Positions 9,932 to 18,065 of a stretch of DNA of 64,000 nucleotides are shown here, one piece after another; within the stretch, counting starts at the first letter, position 1; every line of letters starts with the position of its first letter. A program made the translations under genes and the position numbers. The notes under the pieces are model-generated. The model was given only the letters and a program-made list of their open reading frames with translations, made no database searches and was not told the DNA's origin. Source of the stretch: a virus; IMG/VR virus record IMGVR_UViG_3300045988_154312, positions 128,001-192,000 of that record. The stretch is one strand, 5' to 3'.

Positions 9932-12900
9932 ATGTCTAAAAAAATTGTTACCCGTGCATACTTCGGTCTTTATAATCCAGCTCGTAAAGGTTTGACTATC
10001 GATACAGATAATGATAATTCTGGTAGTCAACTAGCTGTCGATAATAAAGCTGTCGAAGACGTAACAAAACAAGCTACTGCCAATAAAGAAGCATCTGCTG
10101 CTAATAAAGTATTAGCTGAAGCTAATAAAGCTGCTGTTGCTAAAGTAGCTGCCGATCTAGCTGCTAAACAAGCACAAGACGTTATTACGTTCTTAAGCAA
10201 AGTCGAAGCTGCTGCACAATATCAACCAAAAGGCGAATACGTTACCGATGCTAAAGTCGACGGAAAAATTACGGAAGCACAAGGTAAAGCTGACCAAGCT
10301 GCCGATGCTAAATTCGCGACTAAAGCTGAACTTGAAACGGCTACTGGCGGCGTGTCTGCTCAAGATTTAAAAACATTAAAAGATGCGATCGATCTTTTAA
10401 AAGATAATCCAGATAGCATTGCTGAAATTGCTAAGAAAGCTGATAAAGATAAAATATATGATAAAGATGCTATCGATAAGTTAATTAAAAAACTTAACGA
10501 TAAAGATACCGATCTTGAAAAAGCTATCGCTAAAGCGGCTATTGCTGACGACGTAGTTAAAGCTGCCGAACTTACTGAAAAAGTAAAAGCTATTGTTGAT
10601 TTAACTCCATATGCTAAAACTGCTGAAGTCGAAGCTACATATGCTAAAAAATCTGATTTAGCCGATAAAGCTGATAAAAATGCTGTTAATACTGAGCTTG
10701 CTAAAAAAGCAAATGCTAGTGATTTAACTCCACTTGCTACTAAAGAAGAAGTAGCTAAAAAAGCTGATGCCACAGCTCTTGCTACAAAAGCCGATCAAAC
10801 AGCTTTGGATAATCTTAAAGCTGAAGCTGATGCAAATAAAGCTGCTGTTGCTGCTGAAGTTGCTGCTCGTAAATCTGCCGATACTCTTAACGATGCTAAA
10901 GTACAAGGTATTGCAGACGATGTATCTAAGATTAAAATTGATGCGGCTCAAGCTAAAGTAGAAAACGAAAAAGCATTAAGCCGCAAGGCGGATCAAGAAG
11001 CTGTTAATACGGCATTAGCAGAAAAAGCTACAAAAGCCGAAGCTGCTGAAGCTAAACAAGCTGCTGCTGATGCTGCAAAAGAAGCTGCTAAAGCAAATAC
11101 AGCTCTTGCAGATAAAGCTGATGCTACTGCACTTGAACCATTTGCTACTAAAGAAGCTTTGAAAAGTGCTAAAGATGAATTAGCTCAAGCTATCGAAGCT
11201 GCTAAGACTGTTGCTGAAGAAGCTAAAGCCGAAGCTAAAACTGGCGAAGCCGTAACCGAAGCTAAGACTAAAGCTGCCGAAGCCGATGCTAAAGCTAAAG
11301 AAATCGAAGCTGCTCTCGTTAATTACGTAACTAAAGCTGTAGCCAACGAAACATATCAACCTAAAGGTGAATATGCTACAAAAGCTGAAGTACAAGCTAT
11401 CGGTTCTTTAGATCCAACTACGTTACAATCTTTAAAAGATTTAGCTCAACAATTAGCAGGTCATGCTGATTTAACAGCCGTTCTCGATAAATTAAATAAA
11501 GTATTTACTAAAGACGAAGTTAATGAAAAACTTGCGGCTAAAGCCGACGTAACTGCTCTTGCTGAATATGCAGAAAAAGCAGATATCGAAGCTAAAGTCG
11601 AAGCGAAAGCCGATAAGACTAAAGTAGCCGAAGATATCGAAGCTGCTAAAGCTGTTGCCGATGCTGCCGTTCGAGAAGTAAATACGACTGCTCAACAAGC
11701 AAAAGCTAAAGCGACTGAAAACGCTGCAGGTCTAGAAGAATTAAAAACTAAGACTGATAAAGCTGTTGAAGATCTTGGTAAATTAACGACTAAAGTTAAC
11801 GACCTTGCTCTTAACGGCGGCGCTGGTACAGGCGCTAGCCTAGATGCACAAGCTGTTGCCGATAAAGTTAAAGAAGTAGTCGACGGTATCGTAGCTCAAG
11901 AAAAATATATTAGCGAAGCTAAACTTAATCAAAAACTTGCCGATAAAGCTGATGTAAGTGCATTGACTGCAGTTCAAACAAAAGCCGATAAAGTAGCTTC
12001 TGATTTGTTAAGCAAAGCCGACGTAAGTGCTCTTGCCGATAAAGCCGATAAATCTGTGTTCGAAGCAAAAGCTACCGAAATCGATACGAAGTTAAATACT
12101 CTCGAAACAGCTATTATTCCTAATTTAATCGATACTAAACTCACTGCTAAGTTAGCTGGATATCAAGAAAAAGGCGAATATATTACTAAAGAAGCTGGTG
12201 ATCGTGATTATCAACCTAAAGGTGAATATGCGACAGCTGCTGCTTTGGAAGAAGTTAAAACTAAAGCTAATGCTAATGAAGCTTTGATTAACGGCCTCGA
12301 TAAAGATAATTTAGTGCATACTGCCGATCTCGATATATATGCTAAATCTGCTAAAGTAACAGAAGATATTGCGGCAGCCGTAGGTGGTCTTGGCGAAACA
12401 TATGTCGCAAAAGCCGACGCCGAAACATTCGCTAAAAAAGCTGAAGTAACTGCAGAAATTGCTACAAAAGCTACTGAACTTAAAAAATATGCTGACGATA
12501 CATTCGCGACAAAACAACAACTCGATAATGCTGTTATCGCTGCTGGCGGTGGCGGTGGCTTGACTCAAACTCAAGTCGAAGGTATTGTCGATAATAAATT
12601 GGGCACATTAAAAGATGCTGTCCAAACTATTGCTAACATCCAATCCGGTGTTAACGATAATAAATCTTCTGTCGAATCTATTCTTTCTGAATTAGCTAAA
12701 AAAGCAACGAAAGATGAGGTAGCTGGTAAAGTAGCGACTACCGATTTCGAAGATGCAAAACAAACTCTTAATACAGCTATTACAGCACAACAAAATGCAT
12801 TAGCTGCTGCTAAGACTGCGTTAGAAAAAGCTATTAACGATAAGTCTCAAGAAGCGGCTGCTGCTTATCAAACTAAAGTAGATTTCGCTACTTGGACTCG

Positions 12901-13771
12901 TGACGTATACGGTACCGAAATTGCTCGTATCAAAGACGATATGATGACAGCTCAAGAAACTGATGCTGCTATCGATGCTAAACTTGCGACTAACCTCGAA
13001 ACTCTTAAAGGTATTTTCCAAGTTAAAGGTAATTATTTAACTCGTGAAGATTTAACTAATACTCTTAAAGACGGTTATATCACTAAGAACGAATCTGATC
13101 GTTTATATCAAGGCGTAGGTAATTATGCTACGATCGAATATGTCGACGATCAAATCGGTAAAAATAAAGTTAAGATCGATGAAGTAAATACAACTATTGC
13201 TAATAAACTCGATGTGAGTGCAGCTACTAGCTTGTATCAAACTAAAGGCGATTACGTATTACGTAGTGAACTCGATACGTTAGCAACGACTCCGACTTTC
13301 ACGAATGCTATTAATACAGCTATAGCTGGTAAAGGTTATCTCGATAAAGAAACGGCCGACGGCTACTATGCTCCTAAAGGTCAATACGTAACGACTGAAA
13401 ATATCGAAGATGCTATTGCTACGAGTGCTGCCGTAACAGCAAAACAAGATGCTCTTACTTTTGGTTCTGGTTTATCTTATGATTCTAACACTAAAACATT
13501 AACAGCATCTGGCGTATCTGTCGACTTAAGTCCTTATACTCTTAAAACCGATGCAGTTCTTAAAACTGTATATGAAGCTAAAATTGCTGAACTCGAAACA
13601 AAAATTCAACAATTAACAGTTAAGTCTGGTGCGACTACCGATCGTCCTGCTACTCCTGTAGCTGGTCAAATGTACTACGATACCGATTTAAATGCTCCGG
13701 TATTCTATAACGGTACCGAATGGAAACCTATGGTAGGTAGCGGTACTGGCGTTGCGGTCGAAGCCGACTAA
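9932..13771 (+). CDS. Long Ala/Lys-rich coiled-coil fibre protein (1279 aa)
   Basis: SD AAGGAG. Dozens of KAD/KAE heptad-like repeats. Recurrent YQPKGEY-type motif. C-terminal RPATPVAGQMYYDTDLNAPVFYNGTEWKP motif shared with the 21525 spike. Confidence 0.8.
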   Translation: MSKKIVTRAYFGLYNPARKGLTIDTDNDNSGSQLAVDNKAVEDVTKQATANKEASAANKVLAEANKAAVAKVAADLAAKQAQDVITFLSKVEAAAQYQPKGEYVTDAKVDGKITEAQGKADQAADAKFATKAELETATGGVSAQDLKTLKDAIDLLKDNPDSIAEIAKKADKDKIYDKDAIDKLIKKLNDKDTDLEKAIAKAAIADDVVKAAELTEKVKAIVDLTPYAKTAEVEATYAKKSDLADKADKNAVNTELAKKANASDLTPLATKEEVAKKADATALATKADQTALDNLKAEADANKAAVAAEVAARKSADTLNDAKVQGIADDVSKIKIDAAQAKVENEKALSRKADQEAVNTALAEKATKAEAAEAKQAAADAAKEAAKANTALADKADATALEPFATKEALKSAKDELAQAIEAAKTVAEEAKAEAKTGEAVTEAKTKAAEADAKAKEIEAALVNYVTKAVANETYQPKGEYATKAEVQAIGSLDPTTLQSLKDLAQQLAGHADLTAVLDKLNKVFTKDEVNEKLAAKADVTALAEYAEKADIEAKVEAKADKTKVAEDIEAAKAVADAAVREVNTTAQQAKAKATENAAGLEELKTKTDKAVEDLGKLTTKVNDLALNGGAGTGASLDAQAVADKVKEVVDGIVAQEKYISEAKLNQKLADKADVSALTAVQTKADKVASDLLSKADVSALADKADKSVFEAKATEIDTKLNTLETAIIPNLIDTKLTAKLAGYQEKGEYITKEAGDRDYQPKGEYATAAALEEVKTKANANEALINGLDKDNLVHTADLDIYAKSAKVTEDIAAAVGGLGETYVAKADAETFAKKAEVTAEIATKATELKKYADDTFATKQQLDNAVIAAGGGGGLTQTQVEGIVDNKLGTLKDAVQTIANIQSGVNDNKSSVESILSELAKKATKDEVAGKVATTDFEDAKQTLNTAITAQQNALAAAKTALEKAINDKSQEAAAAYQTKVDFATWTRDVYGTEIARIKDDMMTAQETDAAIDAKLATNLETLKGIFQVKGNYLTREDLTNTLKDGYITKNESDRLYQGVGNYATIEYVDDQIGKNKVKIDEVNTTIANKLDVSAATSLYQTKGDYVLRSELDTLATTPTFTNAINTAIAGKGYLDKETADGYYAPKGQYVTTENIEDAIATSAAVTAKQDALTFGSGLSYDSNTKTLTASGVSVDLSPYTLKTDAVLKTVYEAKIAELETKIQQLTVKSGATTDRPATPVAGQMYYDTDLNAPVFYNGTEWKPMVGSGTGVAVEAD

Positions 13772-13796
13772 TTTAAATATATTATATAGCTATGTT

Positions 13797-13822
13797 CCCC
13801 GTCGTAATAGCGGGGATTTATA
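13797..13822 (+). terminator. Hairpin terminator (CCCCGT-N7-GCGGGG type)
   Basis: ccccgtcgtaatagcgggg followed by atttat. Near-identical element at 23670. Confidence 0.55.
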
Positions 13823-13840
13823 TGAGGAGTATACTTAATA

Positions 13841-14269
13841 ATGGCTGAAGTTAAAAAATTTTATTACGTAAATGATCCGGATATCATTCTTAAAGATACA
13901 AAGGGTATCGCAAGTGATCCGACAGCACGTTATTTGCTTAGCGCACATGAGGTTGTTGAACGTTTAGGAAATAAACTCGATACGATTGATTTACCTACAC
14001 ATGTTCAAACATATCTTCAAGCTGGCGACGGTATTCATTTCGAAGAAGTTATTGGCGAAGATTCAGAACATACGCCACATCTTGTTATTAAAAGTACTGG
14101 TGGAAGTGGCGCAGCCACGGATCTTAGTGCTTATGAAACACAAGCACAAGCAGAAGCTAAGTACTTAAAACTTGACGATATCGAAACTAAATTGAAAGAA
14201 AAAGGCTTTATTACGCAAAGTGATTTGCAACCTATTCTCGATGCAATTAAAGCATTAAAAGGTGAATAG
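13841..14269 (+). CDS. Hypothetical structural-block protein
   Basis: SD GAGGAG. 142-aa ORF with coherent composition. Confidence 0.6.
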   Translation: MAEVKKFYYVNDPDIILKDTKGIASDPTARYLLSAHEVVERLGNKLDTIDLPTHVQTYLQAGDGIHFEEVIGEDSEHTPHLVIKSTGGSGAATDLSAYETQAQAEAKYLKLDDIETKLKEKGFITQSDLQPILDAIKALKGE

Positions 14270-14292
14270 TTTTTATTATATAGGGGAGAACA

Positions 14293-14826
14293 ATGACATT
14301 AATAAATGCATTAGCATTATTATATAATATTGCTCCTCAAGCAGTCGAAACTTTCTTAACGATGTATACGATTATATTCTTTATGTTAATAATCGATACA
14401 TTGTTAAGATTGTTCGCTCTTACTTTTTCGAAAAAACCTTTGTGGCATTATCGAACTATTATCGATGTATTTTGGGGAGGCTGGGGACAGCAAAAATCAA
14501 GCCGCGTATTTTATCGCGGCTTTCTCTTCAAATTATTCGAATATAGTATTTTAAGTATTTTCGCATTTTTATTAGATGTGATCGTAATACCGTCGAATAT
14601 TCATATACTATATTTTCAGGATGTATTCGATATTATATCTTGGATATGTTATGGTTATATAGTATTAACCGAGTTATTTAGCTTTAAGGAAAACATGAAA
14701 TTAATTCGTTATAATAACGAAATTATTAATAGTCTTCCGAAAGACGTTATCGATCGCATTACCGATGTCGACTTAAATGTCGTGAAGTTTAAATTAAAAG
14801 AGAAAAAAGGTAAGAATGTAAAATGA
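14293..14826 (+). CDS. Putative holin (Phage_holin_4-like multi-TM protein)
   Basis: Several hydrophobic helices. LIIDTLLR...K and LTELFSFKENMKLIR resemble the D..tG...K and E.iSilEN motifs of TcdE/LL-H-type holins (recalled from memory). Confidence 0.5.
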   Translation: MTLINALALLYNIAPQAVETFLTMYTIIFFMLIIDTLLRLFALTFSKKPLWHYRTIIDVFWGGWGQQKSSRVFYRGFLFKLFEYSILSIFAFLLDVIVIPSNIHILYFQDVFDIISWICYGYIVLTELFSFKENMKLIRYNNEIINSLPKDVIDRITDVDLNVVKFKLKEKKGKNVK

Positions 14827-15080
14827 GTAAAATATTTAAAATGATGCTATTTGAAAACGATGGACTTAGTTATACTCGTGTTATTTCCTTTACGTTATTA
14901 TTGTTATTAGTCGGCGTTACGTTATATTTAGTAATTACCGGACATAACTGGCAACATTACGATACGTTAGCTAATTTAACTGGCGGCGGTTCGGCTGCGA
15001 CACAGATTGCTAATAAATTTATTAATAGTAAATATAATAGTGAAGTCGGCACGTATAAGGAAAAAAACGATGCGGAGTAA
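14823..15080 (+). CDS. Small single-TM membrane protein
   Basis: ATGA overlap with holin-like gene. One TM segment (ISFTLLLLLVGVTLYLVI). Confidence 0.55.
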   Translation: MSKIFKMMLFENDGLSYTRVISFTLLLLLVGVTLYLVITGHNWQHYDTLANLTGGGSAATQIANKFINSKYNSEVGTYKEKNDAE

Positions 15081-15690
15081 ATATTATATTAAATGGTTAG
15101 TACTATGCGGAGCTAATATGCTCTGCATGGCACTATGCTATTTAACAAACTGGTTCGTCGTATTATTTGCAGATAAGTATGGTAATTTACCTAAAATATT
15201 TAAATTATGGCAAACCTACGATAACTGTTTAGACATTGCTTGGATGATATACGAAGGAAACGTACCGAAATTTGCTCGATACGATTTTAATAAACATTAT
15301 TTATATCATTTCGAGAATAAAGGCGACGGGTATATGATGTCAGGATATGTCGACCTACTCGACGAGAATTTTACGATTAAAGAAAAATTCCAGCGGTATA
15401 TATGTCGATGTGCTTGGTTATATCGAAATTGCGGTTATGGATTCGCCTATTATATTTTCGGTAAGCATGTGCGTTATCGCGACGTAAAAATAATTATCGA
15501 TCAGAAAAATTTTTTCTTCGCAATCGATATGAGAAATAATATATTTTGTCTTAAAGACGATCGACAATGGTGTCGATATTTTAAGAAAAGCATTTATTTA
15601 GGATATAAATTTGCAGGCGTTAAAGGACGTAAATATCCATTACGATCTATGCTTGCTAATCGTATTAATCTGTTTAGACTTGTTAAGTAA
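15070..15690 (+). CDS. Hypothetical protein with N-terminal hydrophobic segment
   Basis: In-frame ATG at 15070 (MRSKYYIKWLVLCGANML) overlapping the upstream stop. Confidence 0.5.
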   Translation: MRSKYYIKWLVLCGANMLCMALCYLTNWFVVLFADKYGNLPKIFKLWQTYDNCLDIAWMIYEGNVPKFARYDFNKHYLYHFENKGDGYMMSGYVDLLDENFTIKEKFQRYICRCAWLYRNCGYGFAYYIFGKHVRYRDVKIIIDQKNFFFAIDMRNNIFCLKDDRQWCRYFKKSIYLGYKFAGVKGRKYPLRSMLANRINLFRLVK

Positions 15691-15713
15691 TTAACAAGGA
15701 AAGGATTAATTAA

Positions 15714-16907
15714 GTGAATAAATTAAAAGTCGAATCTTTAAAAGTCAATGTTTTAAAAGCATTGCAACTAAAAAAGGCGAAAGCCGATAATAAATATAAA
15801 GACGATCAGGTATATATTCAAGAACCTGACGAAATGATTCAAAATTTTGAAGATATTCAAAATTTAAAAGAATCGAAACAAGATAAACTTAAAGCTGGTA
15901 ATTCAATTACGATTAGCAGCGATAATGAAATCAATGCCGAAATCGACCTTAGCCAGTATCATACTAAAACACAAACGGCTAAATTATTTATGGGCCGTGA
16001 CGAAACATATACGAAAGAAGAAATCGATGAAAAGACCGGTATGAAAGGTTTACGTGCCGGCGATAATATTTCGATTACCCAAGAAAATGGAAAGCCTAAA
16101 ATATCTTCGACAATTGCTTATAAATTAAAAGATAAGATTATGTCAATTGGTAATACGATTTTAGGTAAAGGTACCGCAGTTGGTGTTAATGCTTCGGCAA
16201 CTGGTGAAAATAGCGTAGCTCTCGGTGCCGATTCGCTTGCTACGCTCGCCAATCAAGTATCGGTCGGCAATACTGAAACTAAACGTATAATTAGTAACGT
16301 AGCTGACGGTGTCGAATTAAACGACGTTGTTACAGTTGGTCAATTTAATAAGAAGATAAGTGCGGCACTCGATCAATTGAATCGATTAGCTAGTCAATTA
16401 TATCCAGTCGGATCTATCTATATGAATGTAAATAACGTCGAGCCTTCTGCTATTTTTGGCGGAACATGGGAAAAAATGCCAGCAGGTCGTATGCTTGTTA
16501 ATAGTAGTGACGATTTTGTTCTAGGTCAGATCGGCGGCGAAAAAGAACATCGTTTAACAGAAGACGAATTAGCTATTCACAACCATGGAGGTGGTGAAAT
16601 GGCCGGTGGCCATACTCATACTCGTGGTACGATGGAAATTACCGGTGATTTTGTCGGAGCTATGCAAAGTAATTATGATTATTCAGTTCATGGTGCATTT
16701 TATTATGAAAAAAATGAATTGATTGGACCTTGCGCGGAAAGAGGAGATCCTCGTCAACGTGTTTGGTTTAAAGCATCAAAAACATGGACGGGCGAAACGA
16801 GTGAAAGTGGAGCTCATACTCATAACATTACTCCTTCTGGTAAAAACCAACCACATAATAATATGCCGCCATATATTGTTGTTAATATGTGGAAACGTAT
16901 CGGTTAA
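15714..16907 (+). CDS. Tail fibre protein with YadA-like repeat/neck motif and phage tail-collar domain
   Basis: GENSVALGADS...RIISNVADGVELNDVVTVGQFN is YadA/Hep_Hag-like. LYPVGSIYMN...FGGTWEKM...GGEKEHRLTEDELAIHNH...PHNNMPPY is a tail-collar (MdpB-like) signature. Confidence 0.75.
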   Translation: MNKLKVESLKVNVLKALQLKKAKADNKYKDDQVYIQEPDEMIQNFEDIQNLKESKQDKLKAGNSITISSDNEINAEIDLSQYHTKTQTAKLFMGRDETYTKEEIDEKTGMKGLRAGDNISITQENGKPKISSTIAYKLKDKIMSIGNTILGKGTAVGVNASATGENSVALGADSLATLANQVSVGNTETKRIISNVADGVELNDVVTVGQFNKKISAALDQLNRLASQLYPVGSIYMNVNNVEPSAIFGGTWEKMPAGRMLVNSSDDFVLGQIGGEKEHRLTEDELAIHNHGGGEMAGGHTHTRGTMEITGDFVGAMQSNYDYSVHGAFYYEKNELIGPCAERGDPRQRVWFKASKTWTGETSESGAHTHNITPSGKNQPHNNMPPYIVVNMWKRIG

Positions 16908-16927
16908 TTTAAATAAAGGAAATATAT

Positions 16928-18052
16928 ATGTCTGAACAAATACAAAATATCTCCGAAGAAATTTTAAAATATAAAGATAAATTTTTCTTTAAAATCCTTA
17001 GTGAGGTCCTTAAAGAAAAGAAAGCACCGTTCCCTGAAAATACAAAATATTATTTAAAATTATTACTTAATAATATATCAACAGATCCTAGTTCAATTTC
17101 ATTAAGTTCTATTAAAAAAGAAAATAATAATTATATCGTATCGTTAAATGGTCCATTCGATAGTTATGTCGAAATCAACGGGATTCCGACTCATTTTAAT
17201 AGCAAAGGTAATATAGTTGATTTTAGCGTACCGGCATTAATTAAAGCCGACGATATTCTTAACTTTTATATTTCGGTCGTTAATTTCCCTTATAAAAAAG
17301 AAAAACCTGCTAATTATACTAACGATAAAACGGCTCAGAATATGATCGACACAATCGAAGTTTCTAGTTTATTAGACACTTTCGAAAAAATCGACGAACC
17401 TACTATCGGTGTATTAAAATATCTTAATAGCGTTGTCGCTAGTTATAATGTCGAAGCTCAATGGATTAATAAAGCAGATGTTCAAAATGATACTGGTAAA
17501 GGACTAATTAGACTTACGAATAGTTCTAATGTACCGGTAAAAGTAGTATTTAATAATCAAGAACATATTATTTTAGAAAATAATCATGTCGATATTCCAT
17601 TCGATTTAGATGAATTTTTGGAAACTTATAAAAATTCTGGCTATAATCAAGCTGTCGTAAAGAATTCAGAAGGAACAGAAGTATCGACTGTTGCCGTTAC
17701 GAATCTTTTGACTCAAGACGAATTGAATAATGTTCGAATCAATATAAATGCTGCGCTCGATAGAACTAGCGATAAAGAATTCCCGGCAAAAATGAAAGTA
17801 TCTCTTATAAATCCTAAATTCTTCGGCGAAGCCGGATACTATGTTAATTTCTTAGGTTCCGTTATAAAAGTACCGTCTCAAGCTGAAGGCACTGCCGGTA
17901 TTTCTGTATCGAAAGCCGAAGTGTTAGCTATGGATGAAAAGAAAAATTCATTATTCGTCTGTGATAAAGATGGTAATATGATTGGTAAACAAATTGCTCC
18001 GATAGCTTTTATTACTAGTAACTTAAAAGTAATAAAAGCATTGATTAAATAA
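16928..18052 (+). CDS. Fibre/baseplate-associated protein, N-terminal paralog of 18066 gene
   Basis: The N-terminal ~95 aa align with the next gene (EISEQIKALKD...PFPEKFEHY versus NISEEILKYKD...PFPENTKYY). Confidence 0.6.
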   Translation: MSEQIQNISEEILKYKDKFFFKILSEVLKEKKAPFPENTKYYLKLLLNNISTDPSSISLSSIKKENNNYIVSLNGPFDSYVEINGIPTHFNSKGNIVDFSVPALIKADDILNFYISVVNFPYKKEKPANYTNDKTAQNMIDTIEVSSLLDTFEKIDEPTIGVLKYLNSVVASYNVEAQWINKADVQNDTGKGLIRLTNSSNVPVKVVFNNQEHIILENNHVDIPFDLDEFLETYKNSGYNQAVVKNSEGTEVSTVAVTNLLTQDELNNVRININAALDRTSDKEFPAKMKVSLINPKFFGEAGYYVNFLGSVIKVPSQAEGTAGISVSKAEVLAMDEKKNSLFVCDKDGNMIGKQIAPIAFITSNLKVIKALIK

Positions 18053-18065
18053 ATAAGGAATATAT

